From the human T2T-CHM13v2.0 reference genome, Homo sapiens: DNA of 64,000 bases. The translations under genes were made by a program, and so were the position numbers. Under the pieces are notes generated by a model, which was not told where the DNA came from, ran no database searches, and saw nothing but the letters and a program-made list of their open reading frames with translations. Location of the stretch: assembly GCF_009914755.1 (NCBI RefSeq), contig NC_060932.1. The stretch is one strand, 5' to 3'. Of this stretch, positions 1-14,510 are shown in pieces. Numbering within the stretch: position 1 is the stretch's first letter; the number at the start of each line of letters is the position of its first letter.

Positions 1-2608
1 ATCAAGGGGTGCAGTGGGGCTTTTATTCTTACTCAGAGATAACAATACTCAAGCTTTAGTGTCAAGCTTTAGCATCATGATTTCTTGTAAATCTGAGGAA
101 TATCATTTATTTGGTGGTTCAATGCTTCTTAAATGAAGGCCCTTAGGGTCTGGGTGCTAGGAGAAACCTCATCTCACCCAACAGATGACAGACTTCTCTT
201 CATTAAATATGAACAGCTGGAGGACTCTGGCCTTTGTTTTACCCCTTTCTCCTTGCCTGTTGGGATGTCCTGAAACCTAGTGTTTTTGACAAGTTCCAAT
301 TTTCTATTAGTCCCAATTTCTAGGTGGACCTGTCCCTCTTCCCATATTGTTATTGAGTCCTTGTTCATTGAACTTTATAAAAATCGTTTTATTAAACTTG
401 TATTTTTTAAAACACAAATACTTTTTGAGAGTAGGTGAGATGACTATAATGAGAAGAAATAATAATGACAATAAATAACTTAGTGCACACACTGTGTGCA
501 CCCAGGAATAAATTTTGTCCCCATGGATCACCCCAAGCACCGTTCTAGAGCACAAAGACGTGGCCTTTGCCTCCTTCCAGAATATACCCGTGCCTGGCCA
601 GTACGCCGGGTGAGCTGTTTTCTGCAGACCTAGCCTTCCCCAAGACCGCTTTGTGCCTTGTGACCAGGGCTGCTCTTTCTTGGGAATTCCAGGCTCCACA
701 TCTCTTCCTTCTGTCCAAGAAGACATATTTATTGTAAGTTGAAGCCATGCAAGTCTTTTCTAGGTAAATAATTAACAAATTGATGCTGATGTGGAAAAAC
801 CTGCCCCTGATAATAATCCGCATAGAACTGCAAGGCGATAGGGCCCATCTGGACCAAGATTTTCCTTTTACAGAAGATACTAAAGCTGAGATATATGAAG
901 CAACACATAAAAGATTCCTCAACCAACTGTATGAGAGCAAAGGGTGTTGATATTTTAAAGGTGATGCATGGGAAGGATAATGCTTTAAATACATTAATCT
1001 GAAATAGCAATCATTGCAAACTGTGTGCCAAAAATAGTTGAAAATGGCAACAATTTTGCCACCAATAAATGACCAATGAGGGAGACATAATCTTCTGCTG
1101 TCAATTTCAACAGAGTGGAGACCAAGGAAAGAAATGGAAGTTTCTACATTAGCTTCCTGTGGCTCCTGGCCCCACTGACCGCCTCCAAAAGGGAAGCTCG
1201 TTGGCGAGAAAACAGAGGAGACACAGATTCAGGTGAGAGAAGGCAGCCTGGGGGACCTAGGGAAGACACAAGAGACCTTGGCTTCCACCTAGGACCTTGG
1301 CACCAGCAGCAGGAAGAGCCACAGCAGGCTATTTTGGTATTTCTACAAATTTTAATGAAAGTGGAGAGGGAAGGTAATTCCATCCTAATTACTTGTGAAC
1401 TAACCCCTGGGGGAAAAAAAAAAAAAGCAGGGAAGGGGAGATTTGACATAAGCAAAGGAAAAAAGCTAATCACATTTAGTCAAGATCTTTTATCTGAAGA
1501 GTTAGAGGAGAAGGGATGAGACATGCTGAGAGCTGATGACATATATGCATCTCCCCCACATCCCACAGAAGCGATAGAAACAGAGCCAAAACTTTCCTTT
1601 TTCCTCTGACTGGTAGGCGTGGAAAGAGCTGCTGAAGATGAGCAAGTGAGCAAGTGAGCTGGAGACGTGAGTAAGTGGGACTGACTCTTTGTGATGTCCC
1701 AGGCCTCAACCCTTACTTGAAGGCCATTATGAGAGCCAAGTATGATACCTCTACCCCTTGGGAAAACAATTAATTCCCCCTACACCAAGCGAGCCGGGCA
1801 AAACTCACATATCCATCCCAGGGCTCAGAAGAGCCACAAGAAAAGGGAACTTCAACAAAGGCTGCACAAAGCCCCTGGGGGTTCTTCCTCTCCTCCACCC
1901 AGCTTTTACACTACAAATAAACTAAACAGAGAAATACCCTGTCCTCAAAATATGCACAACAATTCTCAGTCAAGATGAGGAGAGAGCCAAGGAGAATCCA
2001 CCCAAACTATGTTCGAGCAAACAGAAGGCTGGGTAGTCCCCTGCACGTAATGAGAAAAGATAAAAAAGAAATCATAGCAACCACATCCCAAGAATCAGAA
2101 TAAAATTAAAAGAAAAAGTTAAGAAATAGCATCTAAAGCAAGAGAAAAAATGGATCTGAAAGAAAATGTAACTCAAACAGAAGAAAATTTCTTAGACATG
2201 TTTCACACTTTATTAACAAGAATATGAATTTAATTTTTAAAAAGTCCAAAGAGAAAACAATAAAACAACAGAATAACATTAGCAGGCACACTGTGTGCTC
2301 GGAAAATAAATCAACAGCCAAAATGCACAGAAGTAATGCATTAGAAATAGGAAGGTACAGAATAGATATGTCAGAAAATCAAATTACTGACACAATAAAG
2401 GTTTAAGTAAAAGCAGATAAAAGACTAAGGGTGTTAAAAAAACAGAGATGCTAATAAATGGAGAAGACCTGTAAAATATATAATTGTGTCCATGAAACAG
2501 AGAATCCAATAAATGAAGCAAACAGAACTCAAAAATAAAGCATCCAAAAATTTCCCTGAAAGAACCCACAAAGCAAAACAGGAAACTGTACTACAGGAAA
2601 ATCAGTTA

Positions 2609-3011
<403 letters not shown>

Positions 3012-3370
3012 TCAGGCATTCTGGCAAAAGCCGTTTACGAGAGAGACAAAGTAAAGTGGTCTTACACTTCACCAGATCATTTAATGCCAGAATATCTACA
3101 AAGTCCTGAGGAATGACAGTGTGTCCCATGAATTTTAAGCCCAGCTAAGCTGACTGTCCACGATGACAACAAGTATATACTCCATTCTCAAACACTTGCG
3201 ACGTTTCTTGAAAAAATTTCTTGACCATACAATATAGCCAACTAAGAACTCAGGAATGGAAAGCTATTGGAAGAGGACTGCTGATGAATACATTAAATCC
3301 ACTTAAATCCAGAACTGCAGAAACTGTAGTTATAAAGTAGAATGTAAAGGTTGTAACCCTGTCAAGGTCA

Positions 3371-3695
<325 letters not shown>

Positions 3696-6324
3696 TCAGA
3701 AGATGAGACACAGAAGGCAGAAAGTGTAGCTGTGCTGATTTCGTTTTGTACTGAAATGTTTCAATCAAACTTACAAAATGTAGTAAAAAAAAAAAATATT
3801 TCCAACCACTTTTTGTTTTGCAAAAATCACTTTTTAACTTCAGCGAGATCTCTTGGGAACTAATGTCTCTCACAGTGAAGACACATTTTCTTAAAGTTCA
3901 GCAAATCCTTTATTATACTTCCGGTTTTTTTCTATAAATTTAAGCAAGATACATTTTAATTCTATAAGTAGAAATAGAATGTATAGTATATCTCATGTTG
4001 CACTGACTTATTCCCAGCTGGCAAGCAATTCTTCTATCTGCAGATATGCAAAGAAAATTGCCCAAAGTGATGTTCAACTCATGTTAATAAGGGTTAATTC
4101 TAGGAGGTGAGACCTGGAGTGACTTTTTAAATAATTTATTCCTCGTGCTGTTCTACACTGCTTAAACATCTTATAATAGCCAAGTATTACCTTTTACAAA
4201 CTAAAAAGTCATGTTTAAATTATAAAATCCAAAAATAATCTTTCACTGAATCTTTAAACAAAATATAAAACATATGGTAGCTATATAAATATTTAGAAAA
4301 CAGAGGCAAAAAAGGAAATACAAATCGCTTCCAGTGTCATCCTCAGTGTCAACCACAGTTCACAGTCTCCAGTCTGGGGATGGAAAGGAATTTATAAAGA
4401 CAACATCAAATATTTATTAAGCAGCCCTTTATATTTTCTCCCAGTAACTTTATGGTCATGTTAATTGCATTTAATTATTTAATTGGAGTTTACTTTGCTT
4501 TTTTGGTGTGAAATAAGAATCACATTTTTTTCTGCTATGTTTGGCTAGTTGTCCTGACACCATGCCCTGAATAACCCCTTCTTTGGGTTTGAAATGCCAT
4601 CTTTAATAAGGTTTTATGAAGCATTAAATACCCACAGGTATTTACCCTCTCGCATCCCAGTTTTTCAGAGACATCAACAGTCTCAGAAATGCCTTGACTG
4701 TGACATAAACTCCCTACTCAGCCTCCTGCTCCAGTGTCAGCTGTCCTGGCCAGATTCTCTTTGTGTCCCATTGTCCCCTGTCTGTATCTCTGCCACAGCG
4801 CCTGGCTCTGCATTTGCAGCTTCTGCTATTAGTGAAAGTAGGCACCGCATCTTCAATTCATCTTCTGATCCCCTGCACCTTGGTAGCATGTCTAGCACAT
4901 GCAAAAGGCTCTCAAAACATCCTCTCCAGGTCACAAGTCTTCCGCCACCCATCCCTTCCTACCTCCACGAGCAAGGGACATCCAAATAGTAAAAGTCCAT
5001 ATGGTGGGCTGAGATGAATCAGCTCAAGGCAAACTGCCCTGGGATTTTTGTGTTCTTTTAAAACATTAACTGGAATCACGTTTCATTTCACCCGTTTTGA
5101 GGCTTGTAAGCTACTCATTTGACTATTCTCAATGAAACTTCCCTTCCTGTTTTCCTGTTTTATTGCTATTGTTAATTGCTTAAAATTCTGCTGACACTAA
5201 GGAAATAGCTGTTCATATATACCCAAGAGAATCCTGCTATTTCAGGCCCAGGAGTCCTACAGTGAGGACTTGTCCTTTCACCGAGCAGATACTTCTTTAG
5301 TGTAAGCACCACCTCAGCAAGCCTAACATGTCCAAGGACTCAGAGAATCAAAGCTCAGGACCCTGAACCCAGTAAGACATAGGCAGCTTCTTTGCCAAAT
5401 GAACTTGCGATAACCTCGTCCTAGAAATGGGCATTCTAGCTGCTGAGAGTAATGATTTCACTTAATGCCTAATGCAAACCACATTCAGGTTCAACAACTG
5501 CATTCAGAACGCCGCAGGTTCAGTCATTCTGGAGATGTAATGTTTAATCAACCAGCGGCACTGTGCCATTCCAAAGGGAAAACCTACAGAGAAAGAGAGC
5601 AAAAACACTAAAAGAAGGTTGAAAGAAGCCAAAACTATAAAAACACTCACTTCAGGACTGGAGCCAGAGGAACACTGCAAACAATTATGCGATCATGCAC
5701 AAAGGAGTATTCTACAAACTGGGAAAAGATCAATCTATTAGCCCACTCTACTTTGGATTACATCATGGCTAAAGGCAAGCTCCAGCTAATTAAAAGAAAT
5801 TTACGAACTAGGGAATATGAAAAAGCTAAGGGAATTGAGAACTGCTATACCTTGGAAAGAAAAGACTAGGGGAGTTGTGATGACCACCTTCAAATATTTG
5901 AAAACTTATGATGTTTAAGAAGAAATAGACTTGTTCAGTCCTCCAGAGGCTAGAATTAGACCCACCAGGCAGAAAAGACATGGAAGCCGACTTCAGGCAT
6001 AAACAATAAAGAACTTCCTATCCAGAGATGATCAACAAAGCAGCAGCTTGACTAGTAATGTAGGCAGCTTCCTGGTGCACACACACATTGCCTAGAGAAC
6101 CCTACGTCAGAAAGACAGTCTCAATTAAGGGAAGATTAGACCAGATGACCTCAAAGGTCTAAGACTATTTGATTCTAATCTTCAAAAAACTTAGTTATAA
6201 GTGGGTTATCCTTTAAATTCAAACAGAGTACGCTCATGAACCAGAATTTTGAAAGGTATCAACCACACCCTTATACTGAACATTATGCCTTTCAATAATG
6301 TAAATTTACTAAGATTAAAAATCA

Positions 6325-6627
<303 letters not shown>

Positions 6628-6768
6628 TCAGCTTGATCTTTCAAGATTTATAATTAGACAGTAGGATTTTCTATGTTTAAAACAAGCTGGTGAAATCACT
6701 TAGCTGGTTATCCTCAGCCAATATGTGCATCTGAGCCATCACAGCTTCTAAGATCCAACACCGCACAA

Positions 6769-6811
6769 TCAAGGGCTTAAAGGCACACATCTAAAAACTT
6801 CATCAGCAGGC
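6769..6811 (-). CDS. CSGALNACT1: Probable alternative stop-containing exon giving a truncated 297-aa isoform ending PADEVFRCVPLSP*; 3' boundary of the exon not determined
   Basis: Acceptor GGGTTTCATTTTTCAG|G (AG at 6813-6812). Joined to the 7421 donor it reads AG|G CCT GCT GAT GAA GTT TTT AGA TGT GTG CCT TTA AGC CCT TGA. The peptide matches my recollection of an annotated short isoform (unverified). Confidence 0.7.
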
Positions 6812-7284
6812 CTGAAAAATGAAACCCAGCTTAGTCTCATTGAGTAGCTACAAAAATGTGGGCTTGAAACCTTCTTGGTATAATTCTACACTTAAGTCTA
6901 AGATGATGCAGGTTACAATAAAAGATAGATTTGGATTCAATGCATTGCAGCCACCACTAGAACAGGACAGCAGGTGAAGGCAGCCTAGAGCCAATCAAGA
7001 ACACCTTGCATAGCTCGCCAACTGTCAACGTGGGCTCTGCCACCACCAGCTCCTCTCTCCTCCTCAAGACTCAAGGCTGCTCACTTGCCTGGGAGTCTTG
7101 GTTCCTGCTATCCCCAAACCTGAGCCCCTCCGCAAGTCAGAATGAACATAACAGGCATTCAGTCATCTTTGTAGATCCTGGTGAAAACCCAGTCCTTCCT
7201 GCTTTTCACTTCTGAAGGTCAATATGCTTGTAAGGCAGTTTTCTAATTGCTCTAGGGAAAGGCAAATACAAATGATAAACTTTA

Positions 7285-7674
<390 letters not shown>

Positions 7675-8098
7675 TTAACCTTGGCTGCTGAGTGTTTTTC
7701 AACCGAGATCTAGCACAGAATGCCTTTAAAAAGTGTTTAAGATGAAATCTCTCCAACAATTATTCGAAAATTCAAAATGCTCCCAATTAAAAAATTCCAA
7801 AAGAAGTCAAAATAGCATGAATTTTAAAATCACAGTTATGAAGACTGCATAAAAACATGGGAAAAAGCTTGAAATGCTGGATACAAACTGTATTCATAGG
7901 ATACAGAGGCATTTGCAAAAGGATTTTTAGGAAACAGGCCAAAATAAGACTGACTATGATATAGAGTGGGATTATGTGTTTTTTTCTTTTCTTCTAGTAT
8001 CCAAATTTCCTGCAATATGATTTGAAGAATATTAAAATAATTATACTTAATTTTAAAAATCAGCAATAAAATTATGTCTTAGAAATTAAACCACTTCA

Positions 8099-8402
8099 GC
8101 CTGGGCGCAGTGGCTCATGCCTATAAACCCAGTACTTTGAGAGACTGAGGTGGGCATATCACCTGAGGTTAAGAGTCTGAGAACAGCCTGGTCACTATGG
8201 TGAAACCCCATCTCTACTAATACAAAAGTTAGTAGAGCGTCATGTTGTGCGCCTGTAACCCTGGCTACTTGGGAGGCTGAGGCAGGAGAATCGCTTGAAC
8301 TCGGGAGGCAGAGGTTGGAGTGAGCCAAGTTTGTACCACTTCACTCCAGTATGGGCAACAGAGCGAAACTCTATCTCAAAAAAAAAAAAAAAAAAAAAAA
8401 AA
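8099..8402 (+). mobile_element. Alu (AluS-like)
   Basis: Alu consensus with a long poly(A) tail. Confidence 0.95.
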
Positions 8403-8599
8403 GGAAAGAAGTTATGTCCATTTCAGATGAACTGACCATAGTAATCTATTTGGGACCCCTGGGAGTAGCTCAGTTCTGGTCACATGGGTTGGGGGACCCT
8501 CTGGAAGCTTCTAGAAGCATTAAAATAACACATAAAATATTCAGTACAGTGGTATCAATACATGATATTTAGTTTCATATCTTCCTTCCCATCTCTAAA

Positions 8600-8805
8600 C
8601 AGCATGACTCAGGGAATCAGAGCACAAACTATCAAGCCAAACTGCCTGGGTTCAAATCCTGGCCCCACAGGTTTGCTTTGAAAAATTACTTCATGCTCCT
8701 GTGCCTCATTTTCCCCAAAGGTTACTGTGAGGAGTGAATGTTTTTGTATGTGAAAGAAGTTAGAACAGTACAAGGCATGCAATAAACCCTCGATAAATGT
8801 TAGCC
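8600..8805 (+). mobile_element. MIR
   Basis: ACTGCCTGGGTTCAAATCCTGGC...CTGTGCCTCATTTTCCCCA. Confidence 0.6.
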
Positions 8806-9163
8806 ATCTTCACAACTCCCCTTTCTCTGAGAAGGTAGAGAGGCAGGAGAGAAGTCTAGGGACCGTGCAAACTGTGTCTCATCCCATGTCACTGTGGCTG
8901 AAACTCCACAGAGTGTCACTTGTCAGGTTGAAGATATGAACTCAGCATCTCAGCTGCCCTCTCAGAACAAGCCTCCCTAGGGTCTAGGTGACAGAATTTC
9001 CCAATGTAAGGATCAAATGATTTCCCTCATGCCTAAAGATCCATTTCCTTCCACTGTCTCTGGTATTATGAATGTTTTCTCTACAGTCAGGAAACACACA
9101 CACATACACACACACACATTACAAAGGTAAAACCCAACAAATCAGAAAAGCTTTTGGGTTATA

Positions 9164-9503
9164 CAGCAGTCCCCATTTTCTAGTTTCACTTTCTGCCATT
9201 TCAGTTACCTGAAGTACAATACCTTTTGAGAGTGAGAGAGAATCAGGGAGACACAGAGAGAGAGAGAGAGAAAGAGACCATGTTTACATACCTTTTATTA
9301 CCTTATATTGTTATGATTATTCTCTTTTGTTATTGGTTATTGTTGTTAATCTCTTTCTGGGGGCTTAATTTATAAATTAAACATTATCCCAGGTATGTAT
9401 GTATGGGGAAAAACATACAATAGCTAGGGTTCAGAACTCTCTATGCTTCTGGGCATCCACTGTTGTCTTGGAATGTATCCCCCAGGATGAGGGTGAATGA
9501 CAG
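9164..9503. mobile_element. Tigger4/MER46-like Tc1-mariner relic
   Basis: TA-flanked CAGCAGTCCCC...GGCATCCACTG..GTCTTGGAATGTATCCCC. Confidence 0.7.
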
Positions 9504-10386
9504 TACCATGGATTCTATTCATGTCTCCTTAATCCCCACAGTGAACCAAGAATGCACCTCCCAGTCACTGACTGGCTACAGAAATCAATCTCCAGGGAGA
9601 AATCTGACAAGTGACACTGTGTGGAGTTTCAGTTACAGTGACACGGCAATGGAATACAGTTTGAAAGGTACATAAATAGATTTCTCTCCTGCCTAGAGTC
9701 AGTTACAGTTTCTCAAGGTCTCTCACAAACCCCTCCTTTTTTCTTGCTCACTCTCCCTCTTCTTCTCTTTTGTGGGAACTACATGTCTTCCTCGCAAGTT
9801 CTCTTCTCTGTTTTTTGCCTTCTGGGAGCTTTTCATCCTATAGCACTGGTTTTATAGCCTCTTTGATCCTGTTCAAAGATTGGATTTCTTTGAGGTGCCA
9901 CAGAGAGGAGTGTGGTCCTGTGAGTTTCCAAGGTAGTCTCGTGTCTCCCTGCTGTCCTCACAGCCCCACCTGAAAACCCAAACCCACAGTTCCCCAGCAG
10001 TGAACACAGCTATTTAAAGGCCGAGACACGGAGGAATTACAAGGACTAAGTTCCCTTTGGAAGCCTTCACCAATGCGTTGAGTAAAAGGGTATCCTGCTT
10101 GACTGCCCTCAAAGTCAGGCAAGCTGAGAGTTTTGCTGAGCTCATGTTGGAAAAGATTTCAAAGTCCCAGAGGGAAAAGCCATGGAAGAAAAGAAGGTTC
10201 ATTTCTTAGAAAGCTCAAAGGACTTCTTTGAAAACGTTAAGTGTTTCCCTTCAAAGACGGTTCATTCCTTCAGGAATGTAGTGCTCACTGAGGCAACAGG
10301 CTCTTTTCCCATCTCTGATGCTGTCTGGGATCACAAGGTGAACCACCAACTCCCAGGGCCCAAATGAGGTGGGGCTGAGTCTGAAA

Positions 10387-11190
10387 GCAGCCACATTCAC
10401 CATGGAGGGTGTATCCACACAGCACCCATATTCACTATGCAGGGCATAACTGCACAGCAGCCACATTCACCAAGGAGGGCCTATCCGCACAGCAGCCACA
10501 TTCACCATGGGGGGCGTATCCGCACAGCGGCCACATTCACCATGGGGGGCGTATCCGCACAGCGGCCACATTCACCATGGGGGGCGTATCCGCACAGCGG
10601 CCACATTCACCATGGGGGGCGTATCCGCACAGCGGCCACATTCACCATGGGGGGCGTATCCGCACAGCGGCCACATTCACCATGGGGGGCGTATCCGCAC
10701 AGCACACACATTCACCATGGAGGGCGTATCCGCACAGCGGCCACATTCACCATGGAGGGCGTATCTGCACAGCAGCCACATTCACCATGGAGGGCGTATC
10801 CCCACAGCAGCCACATTAGCCATGGAGGGTGTATCTGCACAGCAGCCACAATCACCATGGAGGGCGTATCCACACAGCAGCCACATTTACCATGGAGGGT
10901 GTATCCGCACAGCACCCACGTTAATCACAGAGGGCGCATCTGCACAGCAGCCGCATTCACCATGGACAGGATAGCTGCACAGCAACGACATTTGCCATGG
11001 AGGGCCTATCCACACAGCAGCCACATTCGCCGTGGAGGGTGTATCTGCACAGCGGCCACATTCACCACAGATGGTATCTGCACAGCAGCCACGTTTGTCA
11101 CAGGCGGTGTATCTGCAAAGCATCCACATTCACCAGAGAGGGCCTAACTGCAGAGGAGCCATATTCGCCACAGAGGCCATATCTGCACAA
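10387..11190. repeat. Minisatellite/VNTR, 35-bp unit, about 23 copies
   Basis: Unit TTCACCATGGGGGGCGTATCCGCACAGCGGCCACA recurs at 10396, 10431, 10466, 10501 ... 11164. Five identical units at 10501-10675; flanking units are degenerate. Confidence 0.97.
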
Positions 11191-11806
11191 CTGAAACAGG
11201 TCTCCCCGTGTGGGTGACTGCATCTCGTTGAGTTTCTGTTATTCATGTCAGTAGCATAACTTCTCCACACAGTCATAAACACAGAAAATGCAGCTGACAG
11301 TTTAACGTACAGATAAAAATGTATGCAGGCAGAGGAATGATTTTTTTTTCCCAATGAAGTCATTTACTCAGAGGCAGGTTAAGAATCATTAACTTTTAAA
11401 AATCAAAATCCACAGAGATGAAAATACAGATAGCAATATACCTAAACCTGTCTCAAGAGATGGACATCTATTTATGAAGAACCTAGAGAATGCAGTAAAT
11501 CTTATTCATAACAACTCCTATGAATACAGAATGCCAGCTGCCTTGGAGGTGCCTGCATCATCAGCCCAGGGTGACAGAGATCCCCAGCCATGGTCAGTGG
11601 TTCCAGGTATGGCACACTGCCCATCAGGAAGGTCACAGCACCCAGGCTCACCCCACACACCACAATTTATGCTGCTTTCTGTCTTCCACATACCATGCCT
11701 TGCAACAGTCATTACATCCATTTTTTAGCTGGTTTCTCTATACTCTGCTAATTATTTTCATTATATCCTATCAATCTGATTTGGGATCCCTTAATTTCAT
11801 CAGTTT

Positions 11807-12270
11807 TCTTTTTTTTTTCAACTTTTAGGTTCAGAAGGAACATGTGTAGGTTTGTTACACAAGTAAACTGCATGTTGCAGGGGTTTAGTGTACAGATAAT
11901 TTTGTCACCCAGCTAAACAGCATAGAGCATAGTACCCAATAGGTGGTTTTCCAATCCTCACCCTCCTCCTACTCTCCACCCTGAGTTAGGCCCCAGTGTC
12001 TAACGTTCCCTTCATTGTGCCCATGTGTACTCAATGTTTACCTCCCACTTACAAGTGAGAACATGTGTTATTTGGTTTCCGGTTTCTGCATTCACTTAGA
12101 ATAACGGCCTCCAGCTGCATTCCTGTTACTCCAAAGAACATGATTTCATTCTTTTTTTCATGGCTGTGTAGTACTCCATGGTATACAAGTATCACATTTT
12201 CTTTATCCAGTCCACTGCTGATGGGCATCTAGGTTGATTCTATGGCTTCGCTATTGTGAATAGCACAATT
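11807..12270 (-). mobile_element. L1 3'-end fragment (L1PB/L1MA-like)
   Basis: T-rich tail, ACATGTGTAGGTTTGTTAC, CCCACTTACAAGTGAGAACATG, GATGGGCATCTAGGTTGATTC. Confidence 0.88.
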
Positions 12271-13529
12271 TCATCTCTTTTAAAAACGTTATTTAAAACT
12301 CTCTTGCAACCTAAGTCCAGCAAAAGCCATACCCAGCCATCCACCCACCATACCCACAGGCACACATTCCCATCCCTGCACAGAGGGAGCAACTTTCAGT
12401 TGGTCTTCTTTAAACACAAAGGACGACACCTAAAAAAATCCTTTTGCCTCCTGGAGCTCTTTATTGGTGGAAACACAAAGGAACAGAGCAAACTTGGGCA
12501 TGGGGGGAGGGGTGGTGAGGGAAGGGAAAGTATTCCAAGGCAGGAATGGTTTTTCAGCCAGTAAGCTGACACATGCAAATGGCAAGTACAAAGCAAAGCA
12601 GCCCCACAAACATCTTCCTTGTCATCTTGTGCAGAACAGCATCATTTCGTGCACTATGCAAATTAAAGATCAAAATCAGGACTTTGGAGCTAGCTTAGAT
12701 CTTTGTTTAAACACCCTACCTGGCACCTCCGTGTCTTTCCTCCCTTCCATAAATGCTAAGCTTTCTTTGAGTTTGGTGTAATTACTCCTTGTGCAAGTAT
12801 CCCAATGCCGGTCTTTTCCTACTCAATGGGCCAGGATCTAAGACCCCCAACTAGGTGGGGACATCTCCATGTATCCAAGACAGAGATCTGTAATCTATTC
12901 ACACAAATGTCTATTCCTTCAGTAGGCCAGGAGCTAACCAGGTGCAGACCCCTCTCTGTGCCCTGTCTTCAACTGAGGACCTTGACAAGGGATAAGAAAG
13001 GCACCACTCCTGACTCAGATTCCCCGCCCCCACTGACATGCGTGCAGACGGGTTGTGACAGATGTCACACTACTGAGCCTATGCAGAATTTCTCTTTAAA
13101 CTTTCTGCCTGCAAAACGTTACACATTACACTCATTCTCAACAGTCCCCATTCACCCACATTCATTCTCAGTCTCCACATTCATCCCTGCCTTCCCTACC
13201 TTCCTACATGGAGCCAAGGTCTCCCAGCTGGATAACAAGAAGCATCTGCCAACCCACATCCTGGCCTCTGGGGCCCAGTCGGTCCCACACATATATATTT
13301 TGGCCCTTATGTGTTCACAGCACCACTCAAACCCCACATCTCCCTAGCTCAAAGTTCTCGCCAGCATCCCATACCACAGAATAAAGTATCGATACCACAG
13401 TCCAGCCTTCAAGATGCTCCGTAATCAGGGCCCCACCTACTGTACTAGTTTCAAGTCTTGTTCTTGCCTTTTACAAAATCTGGGCACCAATCAAGCTGGT
13501 TTATATTAAGCACATATAACTACTGATTC

Positions 13530-13839
13530 CAGGGGTCCCCAAGCCACGGAATGGTACCAGTCCGTGGCCTGTTCAGAACTGTGCTGCCGAGAAGGAGGGG
13601 AGCAGTGGGTGAGTGAGCATGACTGCCTGAGCTCTGCCTGCTGTCAGAATTACATTCTTAACACCCTACTGTGAACTGCACATGTAAAGGATGTAGGGCG
13701 TATGCTCCTTATGAGAATTGAAATAATGCCTGATGATCTGAGATGTAACAGTTTCATCCCAAAACCACCACCTTCCCCTTGTTGTGGAATTGTCTTCCAC
13801 AAAACTGGTGCCTGGTGCCAAGAAGGTTAGGGACTGCCG
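13530..13839 (+). mobile_element. MER1B-like hAT-Charlie DNA transposon relic
   Basis: CAGGGGTCCCCAA...GTACCAGTCCGTGGCCTGTT...CTGGTGCCAAGAAGGTTAGGGACTGCCG. Confidence 0.85.
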
Positions 13840-13844
13840 ACAAC

Positions 13845-14510
13845 TTTCTCCAGTTGCAGAAACTGGAATCCTGTGCACTACCGGCGGGAAGCAACATGGT
13901 GCAGCCACTGCGGAATGCAGTTTGGTACTTCCTCACAAAGTTAAACATAGAAATACCATATGATTCAGCAATTCTATGTATTTCTAGGTCTATATCCCAA
14001 AGAATTAAAAACAGGGGTCCTAACAGATACTTATGAACTCATGATCACAGCAGCATTATTCACAAAAGCCAAAAGATAAAAACAACTCACACCCCCATCA
14101 ACAGATAAATGGATAAACAAAATGTGGTCCACCCATACAACAGAGTACCATTCTGCCTTAACAAGCATGGAAATTCGGATACATGCTACAACATGGATGA
14201 ATCGTGCAGACATTATGCTAAGTGAAATGCGCCAGTCACAAAAAGACAAATACTGTAAGATCCCGCTGATAGGAGGTACTTAGAGTAGTCAAGTTCAGAG
14301 AGACAGAGTGTAGAATAGAGGTTGCCAGGGGCTGGGGAAGCAGGGACTGGGGAGTGAGTGTCTAATGGGTACAGAGTTTCTGTTTGAGAAGATGAAAGTA
14401 CTCTGAAGATGGATGGTGGTGATGGATGCGCAAGAATGTCAATGTACTTAAGGCCACTGAACTGTCCACTAAAAAATGCTTTAAATGGTGAATGCTATAC
14501 GTATTGACCA
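13845..14510 (+). mobile_element. L1M 3'-end fragment (L1MB-like)
   Basis: CCATATGATTCAGCAATTC, AATGGATAAACAAAATGTGG, ACAACATGGATGAA, GATGGATGGTGGTGATGG. Confidence 0.85.

Noticed and set aside
10950-10972. REST/RE1-like CACCATGGACAG in one VNTR unit and CTCF-like GGGGGCG in core units
   Set aside because: The RE1 left half (TTCAGCACC) is missing and the CTCF core spacing does not fit.
10387-11190. CRISPR-like appearance (repeat of about 35 bp)
   Set aside because: Units are head-to-tail with no unique spacers, there are no cas genes, and the context is a primate intron.
10409-11217. His/Pro/Gly-rich ORFs (up to 236 aa) open in all three plus-strand frames
   Set aside because: A by-product of a 35-bp stop-free repeat unit cycling through the frames. 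Antisense to the gene, with no promoter, splice or homology support.
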